In this document: one piece after another, positions 19,987 to 29,354 of the stretch
Layout of the letters: each line of letters starts with the position of its first letter
Position numbering within the stretch: the stretch's first letter is position 1
NCBI GenBank assembly: GCA_965221905.1
Contig: OZ244922.1
Span: forward strand, 1,120,001-1,184,000
Reading direction: 5' to 3'
From: Chloroflexota bacterium
GTDB taxonomy: Bacteria; Chloroflexota; UBA11872; VXOZ01
Length of the DNA: 64,000 bases
Position numbers and translations under genes: made by a program
The notes under the pieces: model-generated
The model's input: the letters and a program-made list of their open reading frames with translations, nothing else
What the model was told of the DNA's origin: nothing
Databases searched by the model: none

Positions 19987-22617
19987 TTAGCGCCCGTGGC
20001 AGCGCTTATACTTTATGCCGCTGCCGCACCAACAGGGCGCGTTGCGACCGAGCTTGCGCCCGCCTTCCTTCTGGCGCGAGCGCGCCTGCGGCTGGGTGGC
20101 GCCTTTCTCGCCGCGGTTTGTGACCATTGCCTGGGCCGGCTGCGGTTGGGTCTCCGGCGCGGCTTGGACGCGGTAGATGATCTGGGCGGCCTGGCGCTGG
20201 ATGAGCTCCGTGAGTTCCTGGAACATGCGGTAGGCTTCTGACTTGTACTCTGAGAGCGGATTGCGCTGGCCGACGGCGCGCAAGCCGATGCCTGTCCGCA
20301 GGTCTTCCATGGCAGTGAGGTGCTCGGTCCAAAGCGCGTCAATGGTGCGCAGCAGCACCCAACGCTCCACACTGTGCATGATTTCCGGCGTCATTGCATC
20401 CGCGCGCTCGGCGTAGATCTCGTCCGCCCACGCAGTGAAACGATCGGTAATCCCTTCAGGGGAGAGCCCCGCCAACTCTTCAGCCGGTGGTGATGAAGGC
20501 TGATTTATTAACTGGCGGCAGGCCTCTACCAACGCTTCAACGTCCCAATCCTCTTGGGGCGCGGCCGTGTGCGCAGTTACAATCTGCGCGAGCTCACCGT
20601 GGACCATGTGCTGGATCTGTCCCGTAATCTGCTCCAGCTCCAACACTTTGCGCCGTTCGCCGTAAATGGTGTTGCGCTGCGTGTTTAGCACGTCGTCGTA
20701 ATCGACGGTGTGTTTGCGCAGGTCGAAGTTGTACGCTTCGATTTTGGTCTGGGCCTGTTCCAGCGCTTTGCTGATGAGGTTGTGCTCTATCGGCGCGTCG
20801 TCATCCATGCCGAGACGGTCCATAATGCCGGCAATGCGGTCGCTCCCGGCGCGCTTGAGAAGCTCATCTTCGAGTGACACGTAGAAGCGCGAGTAGCCAA
20901 GATCGCCCTGGCGGCCGGAACGACCGCGAAGCTGGTTGTCGATGCGGCGGGATTCGTGGCGCTCTGTGCCGACCACGTGCAGCCCGCCGGCGGCGCGGAC
21001 GGCTGCCGCTCCTGCCGCTTCGGGCGGATTGCCGCCCAGCACGATGTCTGTGCCGCGACCGGCCATGTTCGTGGCGATCGTAACGGCGCCTGGTCCGCCG
21101 GCTTGGGAGATGATCTGCGCTTCTTGTTCGTGGTACTTCGCGTTGAGTACTTGGTGCGGGATGCCGCGCCGCTTAAGCAGCATGCTCAGCGCTTCGGAGG
21201 TTTCAATGGAAGTTGTACCCGCCAGCACCGGTGCGCCTTGCCGATGCCATTCCTCGATAGTTTCTGCAACCGCATTGAACTTTCCGCGCTCCGTGCGGTA
21301 GACAAGATCGGGCTCGTCTTGACGCACCATCGGCACGTTGGTGGGAACCTCCACCACATCCAGCCCGTAGATCTTGCGGAATTCGTCTGCTTCCGTGGCC
21401 GCTGTACCAGTCATGCCCGCCAACTTGCCGTACATGCGGAAGTAGTTCTGGAACGTAATGGTTGCCAGCGTCTTACTCTCACGCTGGATCTTTACACCTT
21501 CCTTGGCCTCGATTGCCTGGTGCAAGCCTTCGCTGTAGCGCCGTCCGGTCATGAGGCGGCCGGTGAATTCGTCGACGATCACGACCTCGGCGTTGGGATC
21601 GTGGTGATCGATGACGCGGCCTTCTTTCATGAGCACGTAGTCGCGTCCGCGTTGGTAGAGCGCCTGCGCGCGCAGGGCTTGCTCCATGTAGTGAACGAGC
21701 TCGAAGGCGCCTTCCTCGTAGAGGTTGCCGACTCCCAGCCATTTCTCCATCTTCCCTATGCCTTCTTCGGAGATACTCACCGCGCGCAGCTTGTGGTCGA
21801 TGGTGTAGTCCTGCTCTTCGCGGAGCCGGGGCACGAGGCGCGTGAAATTGCCGAACGTCTCGCCGGGAGCATCGGCTTGGCCGGAGATTATGAGCGGTGT
21901 GCGCGCTTCATCGACGAGAATGTTGTCCACCTCGTCGATGATGGCGTACTGGTGTTCGCCCTGGACCATATCGTTGCGGTCAACGACCATGTTGTCCCGG
22001 AGATAATCAAAGCCGAATTCGTTATTGGTGCCGTACGTTATATCCGCGCCATAGGCCTCCTTACGCTGTACCGACCGCAACTCCTCGCCGCTGCCGTGGT
22101 GCGAATCGCGGTCTTCTTCTTTGGGCGAAAAAAGGTACGCCGTGTCATTGTTCAAGCAGGCCACGGAAAGCCCGAGCGAGTGGTACACCGGCCCCAGCCA
22201 CTCGGTGTCGCGGCGAGAGAGGTAGTCGTTTACGGTAACAACGTGAACGCCTTTTCCATCGAGCGCGTTGAGGTAGGCGCTAAGCGCGGCGACGTAGGTC
22301 TTGCCTTCGCCGGTCTTCATCTCGGCTATCTGGCCGGTGTGGAGTACTATGCCGCCGTGCATCTGCACGTCGAAGAGACGGTGACCGATGCTGCGCTTGA
22401 TGGCTTCACGGATAGTAGCGAACGCTTCCGGCAGCAGAGCATCGAGCGTTTCTCCGGCCTGCAGGCGGCGGCGGTATGCGGCAGTCTTGTCTGCGAGCTC
22501 TGCGGCGGAGAGTGCTTCAAATGCAATCTCCAACTCCGCAATCTGTTCCACATCCGGCCGCCGGCGGGAGATTTCGCGTTCCGAATGATCGAAGAAGCGT
22601 TGGAGTACGCCAAACAT
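19987..22617 (-). CDS. secA: Preprotein translocase ATPase SecA
   Basis: EMKTGEGKT, VTVNDYL, TIATNMAGRGTDI, QLRGRSGRQGD, C-terminal SEC-C zinc motif CWCGSGIKYKRCH. Confidence 0.99.
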   Translation of the reverse strand: MFGVLQRFFDHSEREISRRRPDVEQIAELEIAFEALSAAELADKTAAYRRRLQAGETLDALLPEAFATIREAIKRSIGHRLFDVQMHGGIVLHTGQIAEMKTGEGKTYVAALSAYLNALDGKGVHVVTVNDYLSRRDTEWLGPVYHSLGLSVACLNNDTAYLFSPKEEDRDSHHGSGEELRSVQRKEAYGADITYGTNNEFGFDYLRDNMVVDRNDMVQGEHQYAIIDEVDNILVDEARTPLIISGQADAPGETFGNFTRLVPRLREEQDYTIDHKLRAVSISEEGIGKMEKWLGVGNLYEEGAFELVHYMEQALRAQALYQRGRDYVLMKEGRVIDHHDPNAEVVIVDEFTGRLMTGRRYSEGLHQAIEAKEGVKIQRESKTLATITFQNYFRMYGKLAGMTGTAATEADEFRKIYGLDVVEVPTNVPMVRQDEPDLVYRTERGKFNAVAETIEEWHRQGAPVLAGTTSIETSEALSMLLKRRGIPHQVLNAKYHEQEAQIISQAGGPGAVTIATNMAGRGTDIVLGGNPPEAAGAAAVRAAGGLHVVGTERHESRRIDNQLRGRSGRQGDLGYSRFYVSLEDELLKRAGSDRIAGIMDRLGMDDDAPIEHNLISKALEQAQTKIEAYNFDLRKHTVDYDDVLNTQRNTIYGERRKVLELEQITGQIQHMVHGELAQIVTAHTAAPQEDWDVEALVEACRQLINQPSSPPAEELAGLSPEGITDRFTAWADEIYAERADAMTPEIMHSVERWVLLRTIDALWTEHLTAMEDLRTGIGLRAVGQRNPLSEYKSEAYRMFQELTELIQRQAAQIIYRVQAAPETQPQPAQAMVTNRGEKGATQPQARSRQKEGGRKLGRNAPCWCGSGIKYKRCHGR

Positions 22618-22849
22618 AGGTAATCTTTAGTCTGCGTGAAGTCAGGAATGGTGCGGTTTCAGTTACTCTTCCTGCCTTCAGTCTACGTGGCGTAAATGGG
22701 GGAAGTCAATGAAGTGGACGGCGGTGGGCTTGTCCTCAAGCCGCTGGACGCAATTGGATGAATGGCGCTCAAGACCAAGATGGGCACGTTACCGCAAGCT
22801 TGTTGCTTAGCCAATCAGAGGGGAGTGCGCTGTGGACTGCAGAGGCGAC

Positions 22850-22878
22850 TTTACCACTGCATTCGAACGTGATATACT
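22850..22878 (+). promoter_or_regulatory. Sigma70-type promoter upstream of rpsO
   Basis: TTTACC (22850-22855), 17 nt, TATACT (22873-22878), with an extended -10 TG at 22870-22871. Confidence 0.7.
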
Positions 22879-22892
22879 GTCTACGTTTGGCT

Positions 22893-23038
22893 GCAGGTTC
22901 GTCATTGTTCATGCAGCACCCTTGCAACATTCCCCTCGGATTGCCTCAGCGTTTCGCAGTCTTAATCTACTCTATCGTCCTTGTTAAGTCATGTCCGGCG
23001 AACCTGCCGCTGAACGTCTGAGCAATCTAGCTGCATGA
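22893..23038 (+). ncRNA. Candidate pseudoknotted or switching RNA in the long rpsO leader
   Basis: Pairings 22893-22903/22997-23007, 22909-22917/23030-23038 and 22939-22953/23013-23027, directly downstream of the promoter. Confidence 0.45.
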
Positions 23039-23172
23039 TTTCGCGCCCTTTCCGGTTGGTTTTTCATTTCGAATCTTCCTCCTCTATAGTTGCGCCCAAA
23101 GAGCGAACGTGCGACTATAGGAAGGCAGATATTTGCCAGTGGGGTGTACATTCAATACGAGGTAAGAACGGC

Positions 23173-23439
23173 GTGCTGACGACAGAACAGAAGCAGAGCA
23201 TCATTTCCAAGTTTGGGGAGAGTGCGAACGACTCCGGGTCATCAGCGGTGCAGATAGCGCTGCTGACAAGTCGGATCCAGCAAATCTCGGCCCATATGGG
23301 CGAAAACAAGCACGATAAACACTCTGAAATGGGCTTACTCAAGCTCGTGGGGAAAAGGCGGCGGCTCTTGCGCTATCTCCACCGCCGCGAGCCGGAGCGT
23401 TACCGCGCGGTAATCGAAGAACTTGGATTGCGCGGCTAG
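23173..23439 (+). CDS. rpsO: 30S ribosomal protein S15
   Basis: DSGSSAVQIALLT..RI..HDKHS..GLLKLVGKRRRLLRYL..LGLR; 88 aa from GTG 23173, GAGGT RBS. Confidence 0.97.
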   Translation: MLTTEQKQSIISKFGESANDSGSSAVQIALLTSRIQQISAHMGENKHDKHSEMGLLKLVGKRRRLLRYLHRREPERYRAVIEELGLRG

Positions 23440-23452
23440 ACGGCACCATTTG

Positions 23453-23502
23453 AAAAAATAAAGCGCTGCGACCACATTGACGGTCGTGGCGCTTTTGTTT
23501 TT
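23453..23502. terminator. Bidirectional intrinsic terminator after rpsO
   Basis: A-tract, AAAGCGCTGCGACC-loop-GGTCGTGGCGCTTT, T-tract; lies between convergent genes. Confidence 0.85.
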
Positions 23503-23603
23503 CTCCTAAACCTGGTCCGGGTTGCGCGGCCGGAGCCGACGTGCACACGCTACGGCAGTTCTCAACCGACCGTCGTCGGTATTCAATCGGCCCTGGTCGA
23601 CAC

Positions 23604-24977
23604 TCAGCCGCCGTTCGTTACGGTACTCCACTCTACACGCAGCTCATAGAACTTATCCGCCATTCCTCCAAGCGCCTCGCGCGGCGAAATCTGGCGCAGA
23701 AGCACGCGTTGAATTTCACGCTGGGAAAAGTGTTCCCATTCTTGGAACCAGGGCACTTCACGACCCTCGTGCGTACGGGCCACCTGTCGCTGCTGAAGGT
23801 AGGCGCTCAGGTCTCCCAAGCCCCGCTCTGTTGCCAGGGCCTTCACCTGAGGTTCAGCGTAGAGCGAATCGTATGCGCTCCCCAGCGAGCGATTCACGAA
23901 CCAAAAGAGTGGTGTAAAGTAGCGACTCTCGCGATCTAGGCCGCCCAAATACTGCAAGAGTTCCCAGGCGGCCCCCTTGTTTCGGCTCGCTCTTGGAATC
24001 GCATACAGCCGCGTCCACATTACTGAGCCGCTCTGGGTGGGGACGTTCCCGGGAAAGAGTGCAAGCCGACGGGATCCCGGTTCTTTTTCCCCTTCCTCTT
24101 CCCCCTCTCTCTGGTTGAAGAGGAAGTTGTGCCCGGGCTGGATGCAAAACGCGGTTGGGTTTTGCAATGCCGCTTCATAGCTGCTGCCGAGGATATCGGC
24201 GTGGATGATTTCAGTGCTATAGATGCCGTCCAAGAGCCAGTCGAGCGTCTGTTCCGCGGCGGATCCAGGGAGGTGGAAGACGGGATTTAGTACGTCGTCG
24301 AAGAAATTCCCGCCGCGTGCATAGACCATTGACCACCAGTCAATATTGGTGCTGCTGTGAAAGCGGTAGGTGAGCCGTATTGGGTAGTCGACCAGGCCGA
24401 GCCGTTTGATCTCTCGCGCTTGCTGGGTTACTTCCTCCCAGGTGGCGGGCGGCAGCCCGATGCCGGCATTCCGGAGAATTACTTCGTCGTAAACCCACAG
24501 CGCGCACTCCGTATAGTACGGCAGGCCGTAGCTCACCCCTTTGTACTGGATTCCCTCAGCCGCTTGCGGGATCATGGATTCACGATACTGTTCGAAACCA
24601 GCGTAGTCGTCGAGCGGTTCGAGCCACTCGGCTTCTGCCCATGCCGCGAGATCGGTCTCACGCACGTATACAGTGTCAATGGGCTGGCCCTCATTGAGGC
24701 GGCGACTGACAGTCTGGAAGTAATCGGGGCTAACGACCTCGGGCTCCACACGCAATCCGGGGTACTGCGTGGAAAACCGATCGAGATTCCAACGGAGAAG
24801 CTCCGGCTCGTAGCCCCAATAGACCAAGCGCAGGGCAAGCGGATCCTGCTCATTGCCGAATGTCTCGCTACGGTTGCAGGCTGCAGCTAGCAGGGCAGTG
24901 GAGATAAGGAAGTTGCGGCGGGATAGGGAAATGCCCGAAGATTGAGGTGCTTGTGGTCTGCTCACTATTGACTCCAC
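23604..24977 (-). CDS. ABC sugar-type extracellular solute-binding lipoprotein (Tat signal)
   Basis: SRRNFL + LAAAC lipobox; YGLPYY, PPATWEE, AAWELLQYL family motifs. Confidence 0.85.
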   Translation of the reverse strand: MESIVSRPQAPQSSGISLSRRNFLISTALLAAACNRSETFGNEQDPLALRLVYWGYEPELLRWNLDRFSTQYPGLRVEPEVVSPDYFQTVSRRLNEGQPIDTVYVRETDLAAWAEAEWLEPLDDYAGFEQYRESMIPQAAEGIQYKGVSYGLPYYTECALWVYDEVILRNAGIGLPPATWEEVTQQAREIKRLGLVDYPIRLTYRFHSSTNIDWWSMVYARGGNFFDDVLNPVFHLPGSAAEQTLDWLLDGIYSTEIIHADILGSSYEAALQNPTAFCIQPGHNFLFNQREGEEEGEKEPGSRRLALFPGNVPTQSGSVMWTRLYAIPRASRNKGAAWELLQYLGGLDRESRYFTPLFWFVNRSLGSAYDSLYAEPQVKALATERGLGDLSAYLQQRQVARTHEGREVPWFQEWEHFSQREIQRVLLRQISPREALGGMADKFYELRVEWSTVTNGG

Positions 24978-25169
24978 GCCATGGGGTTACCTTGAAACGG
25001 TACCATTGGCGAGGCGCTCTTGTCAACGACAGCGTGAGAGGCGCTAGCTGAATCGATTGCCGTGCGCGAGACGATTAACAGGCGGCGCAGCGAGGTCAGA
25101 ACACGCAATGTACCCCTAGACCGGGTCAGGGCAGGAGCGCGAAATCTCGGACGAAAGCGAGTGATTTCC

Positions 25170-25448
25170 ATGTCGGAAAGAATCATGACATTGCATCCAG
25201 CGGGTAAGACCGGCGTGAACATCGATAGGCAGAAGTACGATGTTGTGCGGGAGGCGATTCTGGAGGCAGTGCGAACTAATGGCGCGATTACGTTTGGTGA
25301 TTTAGCAGCCGAAGTGCGCAGCAAGCTGGAAGCTACATTTGCCGAATCGATCTCCTGGTATGTGACCACAGTTAAGCTAGACTTGGAGGCGCGCGGCGAG
25401 ATTGTGCGCCTGCAGAAGAGCGGCCCCCAGCGGCTAACGTTACCTTGA
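25170..25448 (+). CDS. Small conserved hypothetical, winged-helix-like (DUF6958-like)
   Basis: HPAGKTGVNIDRQKY...SISWYVTTVKLDLEARG recognised from memory as a conserved small family; ATG 25170. Confidence 0.65.
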   Translation: MSERIMTLHPAGKTGVNIDRQKYDVVREAILEAVRTNGAITFGDLAAEVRSKLEATFAESISWYVTTVKLDLEARGEIVRLQKSGPQRLTLP

Positions 25449-25581
25449 AGCCCCGTGTTGGGAACCGCTCCAAGCTTTAGCCTGATCGAAGGGAGATGTG
25501 TGATCTTTCACCGTGATTCTCATTTGAGGGCGTGGAGCTAGTTGGTTCGCAGTTGGTATCTTGCGCTTCACGTGTCGCCAA

Positions 25582-25625
25582 AAAGAGAACGGTCTCGGAT
25601 CCATGGATCCGAGACCGTTCTCTTT
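25582..25625. terminator. 44-bp perfect palindrome, probable bidirectional terminator
   Basis: AAAGAGAACGGTCTCGGATCCA|TGGATCCGAGACCGTTCTCTTT between convergent genes. Confidence 0.75.
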
Positions 25626-25689
25626 GTCGTCCTGCCCCTCAAACCAGTGTGTCATCCGGTAGGTGCAGGGACTTCATGCCGTAACCGGT

Positions 25690-27135
25690 CTACGGCCAGG
25701 AACCGAGCTTCTCGCGGATGACCTTGAGACCGTCGTCCACGATTGCCTGCATGGTCGGCTGGATTTCCTTGAGGAATGTCGCCGAGTCCTGGTTGCCGGT
25801 CCAGAGCTGCTTATCGCCAAGGTCGTTGAGCAGCGTCGTAACCTGGCCGCCCGTGGGCAACGAGCCGACGTTCCACTGCGGAACGGCCGTGGCGAGAGCA
25901 TCCTGCGCCACCGAGATGCGCGGGTTGCTATAGCCTTGGAACGCTTCGTCGATGAACGGCTCAATCTCGGGGATCCACGCCGGAATACGGCGCACGAACT
26001 TGCCCAAGCGCCCTTTGTCGAGGAGGAAGACCATGTAGTCGAAGGCCGCTTCACGTTTCTCACTGCCGTAAACCAAGCCGAGCTTGTGCTGGTTGGCGTC
26101 CGGCGTGGACCTTTCCACGCGCGGCATGGGCGCCATCACGAAGTCTACGCCCTGGTCGAGCGCCTTGTCGGCATACGTGAGGGGCAGGCTGCGCGGAGCG
26201 GAAATCATCAAGGGCACCTGACCGCTCAAGAAGGGATTCTGGCCGCCGAAATAGGTGTTGTTGCGATCGGCCTGTGGCGGAATTACCTTATGCTTGTGCA
26301 CCAGGTCGAAGAAACTCGTGTAGCAGTCGATCATTTCTTCCGAATCGCAGGTTGCCGTTGTCAGGTCCTGCGATACCCAGCTACAATTGTCGCCCCAGAG
26401 CAGTTGCCAGGAGCACCAGTCGTGGGCGTGGTTGCCCATCGCCCACTGGCTCACCTTGTCGCCCTCGAATTCGCGCAGCTTGACCATCACATCCAGCCAC
26501 TCGTCCCACGTCCACGAGTTTGCCACGTCAGCCGAAGGATAGTCGAGACCCGCTGCCTCAAAGAAGTTGGGGTTGATCATGACGACGTGGGCGTTGCCGC
26601 CGTGGCCCATGGGCAGCAAGTACACTTGCCCCTGGAACATGGCGTCGCGCTCCAGGAGGTTCGGGTTGTAGACACTCAGGTCGAGACCCCGTGCCTTAAC
26701 CAGATCGTCCATGTTCTGGGCGAGGTCCTGCATCACCTGCGCGAACGCGCGGCGCGGGAACTCGGAAAGATCCGGCGGGATGCCGCCGGCCTGCATGGTC
26801 TTGATCTTGGCGACGCGGTCGGCCGTACCGCCGACCTGAGAGACCAACTCGATGGTCGTCCCTTCATTCTCGGCAATGTACGGTTCGGCCATGTTCTGCA
26901 TGAACTCTTGTTCGAGTTCCGTGGGCACCTTCAGGAAGGCGACGATGTTTACACTCTCGGCTTCTTGGGCCGGTGCCGCTTCCTTCTGCTCCGGCACAGC
27001 AGGCTTGGCTTCCTCCATTGAGTCGGAGCCCGACGGCGCTGCGCCTCCGCAGGCCGCAAATACGACAGACGTTGCCCCCAGCATGGCTGATCCAGCCAGT
27101 AGGCGACGTCGGGATAGGGACTTGCTATCGAGCAT
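25690..27135 (-). CDS. ABC extracellular solute-binding lipoprotein (Tat signal)
   Basis: SRRRLL + FAAC, Ala/Glu/Pro linker, NPNFFEAAGLDYP..WTWDEW motif. Confidence 0.88.
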   Translation of the reverse strand: MLDSKSLSRRRLLAGSAMLGATSVVFAACGGAAPSGSDSMEEAKPAVPEQKEAAPAQEAESVNIVAFLKVPTELEQEFMQNMAEPYIAENEGTTIELVSQVGGTADRVAKIKTMQAGGIPPDLSEFPRRAFAQVMQDLAQNMDDLVKARGLDLSVYNPNLLERDAMFQGQVYLLPMGHGGNAHVVMINPNFFEAAGLDYPSADVANSWTWDEWLDVMVKLREFEGDKVSQWAMGNHAHDWCSWQLLWGDNCSWVSQDLTTATCDSEEMIDCYTSFFDLVHKHKVIPPQADRNNTYFGGQNPFLSGQVPLMISAPRSLPLTYADKALDQGVDFVMAPMPRVERSTPDANQHKLGLVYGSEKREAAFDYMVFLLDKGRLGKFVRRIPAWIPEIEPFIDEAFQGYSNPRISVAQDALATAVPQWNVGSLPTGGQVTTLLNDLGDKQLWTGNQDSATFLKEIQPTMQAIVDDGLKVIREKLGSWP

Positions 27136-27613
27136 TGCGCTACCTCCTTAACCATTGACAATACAAACTTCTGGCAGCAATTCTGCGCCAGTGCCACCCC
27201 TGATAGCATAGCAATTTTAAAGCGGTCTCCTGCGTCTGTCAAATGTAAGGGGCTCAAGGCAAAACCGAGGACGAATTCGGCGGCGCTCGGTGCATGACTT
27301 CGCAACGAGCATTGGCTGCATGACTCTTGGGGTTTATATGGTTGACAAATGCTCCGATACGTGCTTAACTGCTTGCAGAATTCACCGGCACGGTGGACGG
27401 ACGATTTGCACGCTGAAGTGTCACTACAGGAGGGAGTTGCATTCAAGACGCTCAGCAACCAGCCACGTACCTGCTTTTCAGAGCGGCGCTTGGAGTGTGC
27501 CGGCAAAGAGGCAGGGTCGTTTGAACTGGAGTTTGATCAGTTAGAGGTTGGCAAGACACGAGCTCTTCATCCGCGGACTTGCAGCAGAGAGACAGCACTC
27601 AAGGAGCATATTC

Positions 27614-29002
27614 ATGCGTAGAGAGCTAACACGACGGACATTTCTTGGCGGCAGTGCGGCAGCCGGTACCGGCCTGCTGCTTGCGGCCTGCGGGCAGATA
27701 GCAACTGCGCCCGCAGAGGGTGAAGCTCCGGCGGCTAAGGAAGAGGCCAAGCCGGCTGAGCAGCCCAAGCCTGCGGAGCAGAAGACGGTGCGCTACCTCC
27801 ATTACACCACCACGCAGGCGGTGTGGGATGAAAGCTTCGGCGGGCTTTTCGATACGTTCCGGGCGCAGAACCCCGACGTCAACCTTGAGGTGGACCCGGT
27901 TACCGGCGGTTTCAGCGTGCTTATCGAAAAGGCCGTGGCGTCGTTTGCCGGCGGCATCGTCTTCGATGTCTATTACGGCCACTTTTCCTACATCAGCCAG
28001 TTCGCGACGGCGGAGATGATTCAGTCGCTGGAGCCGTTCTTGTCGGCAGACCCCGAGGTCAGCAAGGACGACTACCACGTCTGGGCCACCGAGCGCATCA
28101 AGGGCCAGGTGTACAGTATTGCCTGGTTCACGAACGGCAAAGAGTATTGGTACAACGCCGATCTTTACGTCGAGGCCGGCCTCAAGACCCCCAAGGAGCA
28201 TGAAGCTGAGGGCACGTGGACCTGGGAGACGGCGCTGGAAGGCGCGAAGAAGCTGACGAAGGTAGAGGGCAAGAACGTCACGCAATGGGGCTTCTGGACG
28301 CCCTCCTATTCCTTCGGCTGGCACTGGATCCACCTGATGGCGTATGGCGCAAGTTGGTGGAACGAAGACTTTTCCGCCCCGGCCATGCTCACACAGGAGT
28401 TTGCCGAGGGCACGCAATTTGCCGCGGACTTGGTGACCAAGCACCGCGTCATGCGTAGTCGCAGCAACCCGAGTGAGGACGACGTGGCCGCTGACTATAC
28501 CACTGAACTCTTGGCGGCCCGCACTTGGGGTTCGTATGGCACCCGCACGATCCAAGAGAAGATCATGTCGCAGGACGACCCCTTCAAGGTGGAAATGGAA
28601 ATGCTGCCGAACGGCCCTGCCGGGCGACAGATCGTGCAGTCCATCAACGCGAATTGGATCTCCAGTTCGTCGGAGCATCCGGACAGCGCCTGGGACTTCT
28701 ACAAGTTCTGGCTGGGCCAGGAAGGCCAGAGCTTCATCGTGCCGCTGGGCGGCGGGCGCTACGTAGCGAACAAGAACTTCGAGGGCTTCACAGTCTACGA
28801 CTACGAAGACCCCGCAGTCTACGCGCACGCTGCCGAGATCAGCGTCGAGCAGCGACAGGTTGTGCAGCAGTCTGACGTCAACAATGCATGGGCCGAGAAC
28901 TGGGCAGCTTTGGAGCAAGGGACCAAGACGGTCCAGGAGGTCCAGGAAGAGATGCAGCAGGTTGCCGAGAACGCCCTCCGCGAGGGTGGCTGCCTCTGCT
29001 AG
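27614..29002 (+). CDS. ABC solute-binding lipoprotein, paralog 1 (ends EGGCLC)
   Basis: TRRTFL + LLAAC; YNADLY.EAGLKTP..WTWE; AAGGAG RBS. Confidence 0.9.
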   Translation: MRRELTRRTFLGGSAAAGTGLLLAACGQIATAPAEGEAPAAKEEAKPAEQPKPAEQKTVRYLHYTTTQAVWDESFGGLFDTFRAQNPDVNLEVDPVTGGFSVLIEKAVASFAGGIVFDVYYGHFSYISQFATAEMIQSLEPFLSADPEVSKDDYHVWATERIKGQVYSIAWFTNGKEYWYNADLYVEAGLKTPKEHEAEGTWTWETALEGAKKLTKVEGKNVTQWGFWTPSYSFGWHWIHLMAYGASWWNEDFSAPAMLTQEFAEGTQFAADLVTKHRVMRSRSNPSEDDVAADYTTELLAARTWGSYGTRTIQEKIMSQDDPFKVEMEMLPNGPAGRQIVQSINANWISSSSEHPDSAWDFYKFWLGQEGQSFIVPLGGGRYVANKNFEGFTVYDYEDPAVYAHAAEISVEQRQVVQQSDVNNAWAENWAALEQGTKTVQEVQEEMQQVAENALREGGCLC

Positions 29003-29090
29003 CGTTCTTGCCTATCGTCATCACTCGCTGACCGGCGTTCGGCGGCCAGGAAGATTTCAGATAGGCGCGCAGATGGTTTAGGCGCATACC

Positions 29091-29118
29091 GTAGGGGCAC
29101 GACATGTCGTGCCCCTAC
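29091..29118. repeat. GTAG-family REP, perfect 28-bp palindrome
   Basis: GTAGGGGCACGACATGTCGTGCCCCTAC; identical copies at 30804, 33157 and 37765. Confidence 0.92.
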
Positions 29119-29354
29119 GTTGTATCATGGACACGGTGAAAAAGCAGTACGCTGAGGAGTCACTAAGGGAGGGGGGTTTCAATAAGGAGGCTCAGCAGAT
29201 AAGGGCCCTCTCGTTTTTGTGGGCAGCAGTTGTAAGGTGAAGACAAGATTGCGAGAGGGTGTTGGTTGGTTTGCGATTTCAATTAGAGGTATAGCCTAAG
29301 GGTGTACCACCCGCGGGTTAGCTAAGAAGAGATAGCATTTTGAGGAGAAAAATC

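Noticed and set aside
20956-22623. 555-aa ORF antisense to secA (likewise 14952-16382, 5985-6965, 25663-27021, 27626-28918, 32750-34396)
   Set aside because: Shadow ORFs expected opposite GC-biased genes; no recognisable motifs.
23035-23172. N-terminal extensions in the ORF track for rpsO (also 41054-42796, 54342-55694, 43005, 27548, 36124)
   Set aside because: Downstream starts have clear RBSs and match expected family lengths.
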